DNA of 55,482 nucleotides from Alcanivoracaceae bacterium. Its GTDB lineage: Bacteria > Pseudomonadota > Gammaproteobacteria > Pseudomonadales > Alcanivoracaceae. The translations under genes and the position numbers were made by a program. The stretch covers positions 1-55,482 of the forward strand of contig JBFHPX010000001.1 in the NCBI GenBank assembly GCA_041592575.1. The letters are read 5' to 3'. Under the pieces are notes generated by a model, which made no database searches, was not told where the DNA came from, and worked only from the letters and a program-made list of their open reading frames with translations. Positions 29,712 through 38,413 of the stretch are shown one piece after another. Position 1 is the first letter of the stretch, and every line of letters begins with the position of its first letter.

Positions 29712-31100
29712 ATGAAGCGCATGAAGACCCTCGACGCCGCCTGGCTGGCGGTGGAATCCGATGACACCCCGATGCATGTCGGCAACCTGCAGATTTTCTC
29801 CCTGCCGGACGGGGCACCGGATACCTTCCTGCGTGATCTGGTTGCGCGGATGAAGGTTGGCCGGGATTTCGCTCCGCCGTGGAATCACAAGCTGCTCAAT
29901 CCTGGCAAGATCGGCCGCACCCTGACCCCGGCCTGGAAAATCGACAATGATCTTGATCTTGACTACCACGTCCGCCACTCGGCGCTGCCCAAGCCTGGCG
30001 GCGAGCGGGAACTTGGCATACTGATCTCGCGGCTGCACAGCCACCCTCTCGATTTCAGCCGGCCGCTGTGGGAGAGCCATATTATCGAGGGCCTGGAGAA
30101 CAACCGCTTTGCCCTGTACACCAAGATGCACCATTCGCTGATCGACGGCATCAGCGGCATGCGCCTGCTGCAGCGGGTGCTGTCGAACGACCCCAATGCC
30201 CTTGATATGCCGCCACCTTGGACGGTGCGCCCGGAACGGGTAAAGCTGATTGGCGCTGCCTCCGGCCACGAAGCCCATGGTCTGGAGGCGGCCATCGAGG
30301 CGCTGCGCGACCAGCTGAAAACGGTACCAAAACTGGTCGGGGCGCTGGGCAAGCTGGTCCGTCATGAAGACGGCAGCCCGCTGGTCGGCCCGTTCGCCGG
30401 CCCGGCATCGGTACTCAACAAGCGGGTCACGCCGCAACGCCGTTTTGCCACCCAGCAGTACAACATGTCGGCGCTGCGCGAGCTGGCCATTCAGGCCAAT
30501 GCCTCCCTGAATGACATTGTCCTGTACCTGTGCAGCACCGCCCTGCGCCGCTTCCTGAAAGAGCAGAATGCCCTGCCCGCCGACCCGCTTACCGCCGGGA
30601 TTCCGGTCAATATCCGCGCCGCCGACGATCAGGGTACCGGCACCTCGATCAGCTTCATGATTGCCAGTCTGGCCACCGATGTGGCCGATCCGCTGCGCCG
30701 GCTGGAAGCGATCAAGGCCTCGACCCGCAGTGCCAAGGATCACCTGCAGACGCTGCCACGCAGCACCCTGACCCAGTACACCATGCTGCTGATGGCACCT
30801 TACATGCTGCAGCTGGCCACTGGTCTGGGCGGTCGCGCCCGGCCGGTGTTCAACGTCACTATCTCCAACGTGCCTGGCCCGCGCGAAGCACTGTACTTCC
30901 AGGGCGCCCGGCTGGAGGCGATGTACCCGGTGTCGCTGATTGCCCATGGCGGTGCCCTCAACATCACCTGCCTGAGCTATGCCGATTCACTCAACTTCGG
31001 CTACACCGGCTGCCGTGACACCCTGCCCAGCATGCAGCGCCTGGCGGTCTATACCGGCGATGCCCTGGACGAGCTGGAACAGTTGCTCGACCGGGTCTGA
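29712..31100 (+). CDS. Second wax ester synthase/DGAT (Marinobacter WS2-like)
   Basis: LDAAWLAVESDDTPMHVG, catalytic HHSLIDG, FNVTISNVPGP. Confidence 0.92.
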   Translation: MKRMKTLDAAWLAVESDDTPMHVGNLQIFSLPDGAPDTFLRDLVARMKVGRDFAPPWNHKLLNPGKIGRTLTPAWKIDNDLDLDYHVRHSALPKPGGERELGILISRLHSHPLDFSRPLWESHIIEGLENNRFALYTKMHHSLIDGISGMRLLQRVLSNDPNALDMPPPWTVRPERVKLIGAASGHEAHGLEAAIEALRDQLKTVPKLVGALGKLVRHEDGSPLVGPFAGPASVLNKRVTPQRRFATQQYNMSALRELAIQANASLNDIVLYLCSTALRRFLKEQNALPADPLTAGIPVNIRAADDQGTGTSISFMIASLATDVADPLRRLEAIKASTRSAKDHLQTLPRSTLTQYTMLLMAPYMLQLATGLGGRARPVFNVTISNVPGPREALYFQGARLEAMYPVSLIAHGGALNITCLSYADSLNFGYTGCRDTLPSMQRLAVYTGDALDELEQLLDRV

Positions 31101-31317
31101 CGCCTGCCGGACTTGCCCTGATCACCTTCCCCTGCCGACCGACATCGGCGGGGACTGCCTGCCGTAACAAAAAATAATCCTGCTGATTCGCGCTCCGTCT
31201 GGCGGTCATATATTTTTCATATTAATCATATAGATATCCTCAAAGGCTCGTATTAGCGCCTGAGCCGGACTCATTCTATTTTCCTATACCACTCGTCGAT
31301 GGTACGCCCGTGCCTAC

Positions 31318-31356
31318 TTGATCGAAGCATAATTTGGGATTATTTTCCCAATTATG
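31318..31356 (+). promoter_or_regulatory. Putative leaderless promoter and palindromic operator of the DUF6502 gene
   Basis: TTGATC(31318)-N17-TATTTT(31341) puts +1 at about the ATG (31354). No SD sequence. Inverted repeat TTGGGA-N6-TCCCAA (31334-31351). Confidence 0.6.
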
Positions 31357-32172
31357 AACGATAGAGTGATCAATACCGTCCTCCTTGCTCTGGCCCGACT
31401 GCTGCGCCCGATTGTGCGTGTGCTGCTGGCCAACAAGATCACCTACGCGACCTTCGACCAGATCGCGCGGCAGGTGTTTGCCGAGGTGGCGGACAGGGAT
31501 TTCACCATCAAGGGCCGCAAACAAACGGTCAGCCGGGTGGCGCTGGTCACCGGGCTGTCACGCAAGGAGGTACTGCGGATCAAGCGCGAGCCGGCGCTGG
31601 CCGATCGCGAGCTGGGCAATACCTTTCACCGCGCTGCCCGGGTGATTTCGACCTGGTGCTCAAGCCCGGCCTACCTGACCAGTGACAACGAACCACAGAC
31701 GCTGACGTTTGAAGGCCCGGCTTCCTTTTCCAGTCTGGTCGGGGATGTCGGTGGCGATCTGACCCCGCGGGCGGTGCTCGACGAATTGCGTCAGGCCGGC
31801 ATCGTCAAGATGGACGCCGGGCGTCGTATCTATCTGATGAAGAAGGCCTATGTGCCAAGCAAGGATGAGACCCAGATCATGAAGATCATGGGCACCGACG
31901 TCGGCGATCTCGCCGAAACCATTTCCCATAACCTGAATGCTTCGGCCAACGACTCACGGTTCCAGCTAAAGGTGTCTTACGACAACCTGCCGCAGGAGTG
32001 CCTTGATGAGCTGCACCGGATGGTGTCCAGGCGTGGCCACGAGGTGCTGGTCGAGTTCGATCGCTGGTTACGCCAGCATGACCGCGATATCAACCCGGAC
32101 ATCCCCGGTACCGGCAAGGTTCGCGCCGGGCTTGGCATCTATTACTTCGAAGATCAGGAGGGCGAACAATGA
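31354..32172 (+). CDS. DUF6502-like protein, putative HTH DNA-binding regulator
   Basis: LARLLRPIVRVLL; HTH-like TVSRVALVTGLSRKEVLRI; RAARVISTW; SFSSLV...PRAVLDELRQAG; C-terminal RAGLGIYYFE. Confidence 0.78.
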   Translation: MNDRVINTVLLALARLLRPIVRVLLANKITYATFDQIARQVFAEVADRDFTIKGRKQTVSRVALVTGLSRKEVLRIKREPALADRELGNTFHRAARVISTWCSSPAYLTSDNEPQTLTFEGPASFSSLVGDVGGDLTPRAVLDELRQAGIVKMDAGRRIYLMKKAYVPSKDETQIMKIMGTDVGDLAETISHNLNASANDSRFQLKVSYDNLPQECLDELHRMVSRRGHEVLVEFDRWLRQHDRDINPDIPGTGKVRAGLGIYYFEDQEGEQ

Positions 32173-33713
32173 ATCCGCGCCTGATGCTTCCCGCCGGCCT
32201 GAGCCTGGCCAGCCTGATACTGACCGCCTGCGGCAACCCGAATGCATCCAACTCATCGCCACCTGGTGAACCCCGTAGCGGCGATGAAGTTGCCGAAGGT
32301 GGCATCGGCGGTTCCGGCAGCGGCACCGCCTCCGGCTATGGTTCCATCTGGGTGGGTGGCAACCGCCACTTCCCGATTGCCGGAGATGCAATAGTTCGCC
32401 TCGATGGTCGGCCGGTGGCCGCTAACTCGGTGAATGCCGAGGGTCAGGGGCTGCCGCTCGGCATCACACTGGAATACCTGCTGGCCGAGGATGCCAGCGA
32501 CGATCTAATGCAAGGGACTGCCATTGCCATTGACGCCTGGCATCAGGTGATTGGCCCGGTCACCAGCGTGGCGCCGCTGACGGTTCTGGGTCAGCCGGTA
32601 TTTGTCACCGCGGACACACTGCTGTCTGTTCCGGAAGGTGATCCGGAACTGTTGCAGCAGGGCGATATGGTTGCCGTCGGTGGCATGCCGAACAGCTTCG
32701 GTTCGATACGCGCCACACGCCTCAGCCTGCTCAATGACGCGCCCCTCGATTGGCAGATCGTCGGTCGCGTTAGCGATCTCGATGCCAGTGGTTTCCGTAT
32801 TCGTGATCAGCTCATCAGCCTCGACGGCATTGCGCTGGAGAATTGCGATACCGGACTGCGTAACGGTAGCAAGGTTGTCGTACAAGCATCGGCAAGCACC
32901 ACATTTGTTGCCGGCGAGAGTTTGCAGACAGCGCATCGTCTGATCTGCAAGCCGGAAGGATTGAATCTGTTTGCCAGCAACCGCTCCGCACCGCAGCAGA
33001 TCCCTGCCGCCTTCGACGGCGTCATTACCGATATCCGCCATTTGCCTTTGACCATCAGTCTGGATGGCCAGCTGGTCAACCTCGAAAGCCTGGTCGCTGC
33101 CGGCATCAATACGCTGCGCGATCTGGCGCTTGGTGCCCGCATCGAGGTGGATGGCGTTCTTGATACCGGTACTGGAGTTATCACCGCAACCCGGCTGATC
33201 GCGCGCGATCCGCTGGTGCGTATTGAAGCCCCGCTGGAGCAGATTGTCGGTGACCTGATCTTCGTGCTTGACCAGACCGCTCTGCTGGTTCCCGGTGCCG
33301 GTGATGCTCAGGCCTTTTCCGGTGATGAGCAGATGGCGATCTCCGCCTTCACTGACAGTGAAGGCCAGCTTTTTATTACCTCGGCAGAATCTCTTGCTGC
33401 TGCGAACGACCAGAACATTGTTCTGCATGGCCAGATCTCCGCGGTTGATTCTGTCAGCGGAACCTTTTCTGTCGCCGGCATCAGGTTCGATGTCAGCAGC
33501 GCCAACAACCTGCTGGTCGAAACCATTGATAGTGTCATCACCCTGATTGATTCCGGGCAGTGCCTGACGCAGTCGCTGCTGCCCCTGCTGCCCTGTCCGA
33601 TTACTGACACCACTGAATTTCTGAATGGCCTGAAGCCGGGCGCCTATGCCGAGATAGACGGCGCCTCATTTGACGGCGCCTTCCTCAACGGTGGCGAGGT
33701 GCTTCTCAGATAA
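32169..33713 (+). CDS. Lipoprotein with repeated DUF5666-like (OB-fold-like) domains
   Basis: Lipobox LTAC (Cys21); GGIGGSG motif; repeated G-x-V/I...V-x-G...ATR units; ATGA overlap with DUF6502. Confidence 0.75.
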   Translation: MNPRLMLPAGLSLASLILTACGNPNASNSSPPGEPRSGDEVAEGGIGGSGSGTASGYGSIWVGGNRHFPIAGDAIVRLDGRPVAANSVNAEGQGLPLGITLEYLLAEDASDDLMQGTAIAIDAWHQVIGPVTSVAPLTVLGQPVFVTADTLLSVPEGDPELLQQGDMVAVGGMPNSFGSIRATRLSLLNDAPLDWQIVGRVSDLDASGFRIRDQLISLDGIALENCDTGLRNGSKVVVQASASTTFVAGESLQTAHRLICKPEGLNLFASNRSAPQQIPAAFDGVITDIRHLPLTISLDGQLVNLESLVAAGINTLRDLALGARIEVDGVLDTGTGVITATRLIARDPLVRIEAPLEQIVGDLIFVLDQTALLVPGAGDAQAFSGDEQMAISAFTDSEGQLFITSAESLAAANDQNIVLHGQISAVDSVSGTFSVAGIRFDVSSANNLLVETIDSVITLIDSGQCLTQSLLPLLPCPITDTTEFLNGLKPGAYAEIDGASFDGAFLNGGEVLLR

Positions 33714-33750
33714 CGAGCACACACAACGCGTTTATTGGCGTTGTTTCCAG

Positions 33751-33782
33751 AGCCGTACACGCCTTGTGCACGGCTTTTTTTT
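33751..33782 (+). terminator. Intrinsic terminator after the DUF5666 gene
   Basis: AGCCGTACAC-GCCTT-GTGCACGGCT-TTTTTTT. Confidence 0.75.
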
Positions 33783-33944
33783 CCAACACCACAGACTCGT
33801 GGGTCAGGTGTGGGAGCGAATTCACCGGGGGCCCGGTGGACGCTGTCCGAAGTTGCAGGAAGTCTCGGGCAGATAACAACAATCCTGTCAGTAACCGGAA
33901 TCTCGGGCTGACAAGAACAACCAGAAATGAACGGAGTAGTCATT

Positions 33945-35282
33945 ATGAAACAGTTTGCCCGGATTCCGCTTGCGGCGCTGATCGCATCCATGGCCTCGGC
34001 AGGCACTATCGCCCATGCCGGTATGAGCAATACCGCGACGACGTTCGGCATTTTACCGTCGGATATTGCCTCGGCCCAATCTCTGTCGCTGTTCAACAAT
34101 CAGGTATCAGCGACCTATTACAACCCGGCGTATCTGGCCCGCGATACCCGCGGCGAACTGACTGGCGGGCTGTTTCATGCTGAGCCATCTCTGGAAGTGG
34201 AAAGCCACGGCGGAACAAACGCACCGACCCGTGACGGCGATGTACTTGATGACACGCCCTCGCAACAGGTCCTGATCGGGATGAAAAAGGACCTGTCATT
34301 CCTGACCAAGTATGACCATCCAATCATGTTCGGCTTCATGGCCGGAGTGGAAAAATTCGGCAAGGAGATGATGGCGTTCCAGTCCGGCACTGCCAATGAA
34401 GGACAGTTCTTCAACTACGGGCGGCAGCCTCTGTTTCTGAATCTTGGCGCCGGTACCAATGTCTGGCGTGGCATTGATGTCGGTGCTTCTATTCGCGTTA
34501 CTCTTCATGCCGATGCCACCATGACCACGCAAAGCGATCTGGCCGGCAACACCGAACGCGAGAATATCGAAGTTTCTGCTGAGCCGGTCATGGTGCCGAT
34601 TCTTGCCGTCAACATGAATGCTGGCGAGACACTCTGTTCGCGCTCGCCTTGCTGGATGGACAAGCTCGATGCGGCCATCGTTTACAAGGGCTACGCCAAG
34701 GGTGAAACCAATGTCGCCGCCAATGCCGTCATTCCAGGCACCATCCCTGAACCGGGTCTGGATCTGATAATCAGCACCATTTCCGGCTTCACTCCGGAGA
34801 TCATTACCGCCGGCGCCCAGTATCAATTCGGCAAGTTCCGGGTTGGCGCCACCGCCGAGTTCCAGCAATGGTCGCGACTGGAAGATCAGCTGCAGAAGGA
34901 CACGGTGAAAGACCAGTCCGATCTGCGCTTCAAGGATATTGTTATTCCTCGCATCGGCGTGCAATACCAGTGGAATGAGTCGCTGACGCTGACTTCCGGT
35001 ATTGCTTTTGAACAGTCGCCTCTGGAGAACGACAACTCCGATGAAGTGAACTACCTGGATAACGACAAGTACATCCTCGGTCTCGGCGGCTCGCTGTTGC
35101 TGAAGAATCCGCCGGTACTGGCGTGGCCAGTGCAACTGGACTTTGGCTACCAGTATCAGCACCTGAAAGATCGCGATTTCAGCCTCACCGGCACCACGCC
35201 GGATAACCAGCCCTACCAGGAAGACGTTACCGCCGGCGGCGAGGTTCATGTCTTCAGTGGTTCCTTCACGCTGAAATTCTGA
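33945..35282 (+). CDS. FadL-superfamily outer membrane transporter, AupA-like (hydrophobic substrate/alkane uptake)
   Basis: ATG 33945 with GGAG RBS; signal peptide; hatch motif SATYYNPAYL; beta strands ending in FTLKF; followed by an Ig-like lipoprotein as in aupAB. Confidence 0.8.
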   Translation: MKQFARIPLAALIASMASAGTIAHAGMSNTATTFGILPSDIASAQSLSLFNNQVSATYYNPAYLARDTRGELTGGLFHAEPSLEVESHGGTNAPTRDGDVLDDTPSQQVLIGMKKDLSFLTKYDHPIMFGFMAGVEKFGKEMMAFQSGTANEGQFFNYGRQPLFLNLGAGTNVWRGIDVGASIRVTLHADATMTTQSDLAGNTERENIEVSAEPVMVPILAVNMNAGETLCSRSPCWMDKLDAAIVYKGYAKGETNVAANAVIPGTIPEPGLDLIISTISGFTPEIITAGAQYQFGKFRVGATAEFQQWSRLEDQLQKDTVKDQSDLRFKDIVIPRIGVQYQWNESLTLTSGIAFEQSPLENDNSDEVNYLDNDKYILGLGGSLLLKNPPVLAWPVQLDFGYQYQHLKDRDFSLTGTTPDNQPYQEDVTAGGEVHVFSGSFTLKF

Positions 35283-35293
35283 GGAGAGCGGAC

Positions 35294-38200
35294 ATGAATA
35301 ATATACCGATGAAGAACCGATTCGCTTTGCTACTGGCGGCATCGCTGACCGTGGTCGGCTGCGGTGGCGACAAGCAGACCGTGGTATTCCCCGGTCGCGG
35401 TGGCGATGTGTTCTATACCTATCCGGACGCCGATCAGCGCGGCGTGTCGACTCGCGCGCCGATTGTCGTGCGCCTGTCTGATCCGGTAGCCGATCCGCTG
35501 GCGCTGGATGACAGCATGATCCGTCTGATGCAGGACACCACACCGGTGCCGGTGGAAATCAGCGTCGCGCCGGGCAGCGATGATCGCAGCATTGTCTTGC
35601 GCCCTATTGACCCACTAGCACCCGGCATGACCTACACCGTTGAGCTGCTCAACCTGAACAGTGCCAAAGGCCAGATCACCTTGCCCGATGGTGGCTTCTC
35701 CTTCACGACTTCACTGGCCGCAAAAGGGCCCCGATCACTGCAAGTTAGTGACGATCTGTTCGCGGTAACGCGGATGTTTCCGGATGACGCTGAGCTGCCG
35801 ATTCTGGATTTCAGCACGCTGCGCTTTCAGTTCAGCCAACCGATTGATGTCGCCAGTGTTCGCTATGGCGATAGCCTGATGCTGAAAGATGATCAGGATC
35901 AGCTGGTCCCGGCGATTGTGCTGGCTAAAGGTCACTCCCTGACCATTGACCCGGTGACAGACCTGCAGGCGGGCACTACTTATACCTTGACGCTTTCCGA
36001 TCAACTGACCAGCCGTTATGGCGCCGCCCTTGAGCTGTCATTTGACGGCAGTGACAGCTTCAGCTTTTCGCCGCTGCCCAGCGGCCCCACCGAAGTGCTG
36101 GCACTGCAGGCGCCGGCCAGCGGTCTGCCATCCGAGCTGACCGGGCAGCCAGTCAATCTGGTGCCGGTCATCGCCACGCTACTGGGCGAGGAAACCCAGT
36201 CACAGCAACAGGGCGATGTGTTTGCCGAACTGGCTTTCGTGCCGAACTATCCGCTCGCCACTCCTTTGCGAATTGCTCGAGGCAGCATGCTGACCGGTGA
36301 TGAGCTGGTTGTTCGTGTCGGCGGCCAGATTCCGGCCGGCTTCAACTCAGGCGATGTTGTCGTGCAGTTTATTTCCGACGCCACCGGTTATCTGCTGCCA
36401 AATCCTTACAGCACCTCGCCGCGCGCACCACGGCAAATTCGCGTATTCATGGATGTCGCCATCACCACCGGCAACCCGGTAGCAAACTCTTCCTTCAATC
36501 AGGATGTCCTGCATCTTGAGCTGGTCGGTCAGGGTATCGTCGAGAACGGTGTGCTGGTTTCCGACGCGCTCACAGTGGTGGAGTCGGAAGTGCTGGGTCT
36601 GGAAACCGCGTTCGGCGTACTCAGCTTCCGCATGGAGGCCTATGCCGATCAGCTGGCGGCACCAGAGCCCGCCGTGGATATGGATGCACCACTGGTACAG
36701 TCCTGGATGCCGGATCAGCTCGCCAGCAGCCATCGTCCCGGTGAACCAATCGTGATCAACTTTAACGAGGCAGTTGATCCGTTATCTCTGGTCAACAACA
36801 TCACTGTTAGCGAAGACTCTACTGAAGTCGTACCGGAGCAGATCCGTCAGGATGGTGTTTCGGTGATAATCACAGTGCCACTCAACTATGGCTCTGTTTA
36901 CGACATCAACCTGCTTGACGGCATTACCGACCTGAGCGGTAACCCGCTACCAGCTCAGACGCTGTCGTTTACCATGCCGTCCTACGCTACCAGCGCGCCT
37001 GCCTCACCACTGGCGCTGCAAACTTATCCGGGCTTTCCCTGTGCAACAGTGGGACGGGATCTCGCCAACAACCATGTCGGTCGTTGTGACGGCAGCCAGA
37101 CCACCGATGATCGGCTACCGCTTCCGGTGATGCCGGCGGATCGCAGCATTCAGGTCAGCTTCTCACAGGTCATGGATCCAGCCAGCATTGTTGCCGGCGG
37201 TACTTTCCTGGTCGAAGAAGTGGACGCCGCAGAAGCCACCATCGCCAGCGTTGAGGGCCGTCTCGAAGTCCGTGATCGGGAGATTCTGTTTACCCCGGAT
37301 CAGCCATGGACCGAAGGTTCGTTGTATCGATACACGCTGCGCTCGAACGGTAATGCCTCCTCTTCTGCATGCAATCCGGGCACAGCAATCTGCTCCGCAG
37401 ATGGCCTGCCCTTGAGAACCCGGCTGCTGTCCACCTCACTGGCGACCGCTCCGGCACTGAATGGCGGCGGCCAGGACATGCAAATATTTTTCCGCGGTGG
37501 TCCAGTGAGCTCTTCGGTACTGACCAGGCTGTCGAACCTGCCTACCGCAGACGTCAACAGCAATGGTCGTCGCGATATCGGGGAAGAGAATGCGGTGGCC
37601 GATCCTGACTACCTCAAGAACAGTGGTCGGGTAACCGTAACTGACGTCGGCGGCCAGGTGGCGGCAGCCAATATCGGCTGCCCGGTCGGTGATACCTGTC
37701 CCGAGGATACCTATGTATATACCACTGGTGCTCTCGGCGGCGAAATCGTCGGATTTCTTGATGCCACTGAAGCAGCGGCTATTGCCCGCGCCCCTCTTCC
37801 CGCAGACGTCGCGGCGAACGGTGGCATCCTTGTCTACCTCCACCCGACCGCACTGATGACCACCAGCTTCGTCGTATACGCCGAGACCACCTCGGAGCCG
37901 TTTACCACCGCCGACCCGACCGACAGTGGCGAACTGATTATGCGCATCCGTTACGAGTGCGATGCGCGAAGCAATCCCGTCGCGCCCAGTCCGGCAGAGT
38001 CGGCACCGTTGCGGCAGTGTGACCCGGGCGAATCCGGATACGGTGAGGGATGGATCGTTGAAGGCGTTGATGGCCCGCGCTTTCTCGCAACGCTGAACGG
38101 CTACATCGATGCGCCGCGCCTTAGAGCCGTTGCCCGCGTTCTTGGAGCGCCGACACAACTGGAGCATAACCAGCGAAGCTATGGCTTTACCGCCAACGTC

Positions 38201-38377
38201 AGTGGCGATGTCGAGTTTATCGACGATGGCCGGATGAGCGTGGCGCTCGCCAATGAAACAGCCATTGTCTCTCTGGTTAACCTGTCAGCAGCGGGAGTAC
38301 TCAATGCCGACGTTGAGCTGACGCTGCCGATCGGCGAAGTAATTCTGAATGTACTGTCCACCTCGGTTAAACGCTGA
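35294..38377 (+). CDS. Large lipoprotein with Ig-like (Big_5) domains, AupB-like
   Basis: Lipobox VVGC; repeated Big_5-type motifs (YTYPDADQRGV..APIVVRLSDPV, LRFQFSQPID, IVINFNEAVD, GITDLSGNPL); several Cys pairs. Confidence 0.78.
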   Translation: MNNIPMKNRFALLLAASLTVVGCGGDKQTVVFPGRGGDVFYTYPDADQRGVSTRAPIVVRLSDPVADPLALDDSMIRLMQDTTPVPVEISVAPGSDDRSIVLRPIDPLAPGMTYTVELLNLNSAKGQITLPDGGFSFTTSLAAKGPRSLQVSDDLFAVTRMFPDDAELPILDFSTLRFQFSQPIDVASVRYGDSLMLKDDQDQLVPAIVLAKGHSLTIDPVTDLQAGTTYTLTLSDQLTSRYGAALELSFDGSDSFSFSPLPSGPTEVLALQAPASGLPSELTGQPVNLVPVIATLLGEETQSQQQGDVFAELAFVPNYPLATPLRIARGSMLTGDELVVRVGGQIPAGFNSGDVVVQFISDATGYLLPNPYSTSPRAPRQIRVFMDVAITTGNPVANSSFNQDVLHLELVGQGIVENGVLVSDALTVVESEVLGLETAFGVLSFRMEAYADQLAAPEPAVDMDAPLVQSWMPDQLASSHRPGEPIVINFNEAVDPLSLVNNITVSEDSTEVVPEQIRQDGVSVIITVPLNYGSVYDINLLDGITDLSGNPLPAQTLSFTMPSYATSAPASPLALQTYPGFPCATVGRDLANNHVGRCDGSQTTDDRLPLPVMPADRSIQVSFSQVMDPASIVAGGTFLVEEVDAAEATIASVEGRLEVRDREILFTPDQPWTEGSLYRYTLRSNGNASSSACNPGTAICSADGLPLRTRLLSTSLATAPALNGGGQDMQIFFRGGPVSSSVLTRLSNLPTADVNSNGRRDIGEENAVADPDYLKNSGRVTVTDVGGQVAAANIGCPVGDTCPEDTYVYTTGALGGEIVGFLDATEAAAIARAPLPADVAANGGILVYLHPTALMTTSFVVYAETTSEPFTTADPTDSGELIMRIRYECDARSNPVAPSPAESAPLRQCDPGESGYGEGWIVEGVDGPRFLATLNGYIDAPRLRAVARVLGAPTQLEHNQRSYGFTANVSGDVEFIDDGRMSVALANETAIVSLVNLSAAGVLNADVELTLPIGEVILNVLSTSVKR

Positions 38378-38413
38378 GTCGACCGTCACTGTCGCGAATA
38401 CAAGGGAAATATT

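Noticed and set aside
30991-31232. Minus-strand ORFs starting in the AT-rich island (72 aa and a 7-codon ORF)
   Set aside because: The longer one overlaps the WS/DGAT 3' end and neither shows coding features.
33810-33826. GTGGGAGCGAATTCACC as a REP remnant or operator
   Set aside because: It has no partner arm or complete palindrome and is too short to support.
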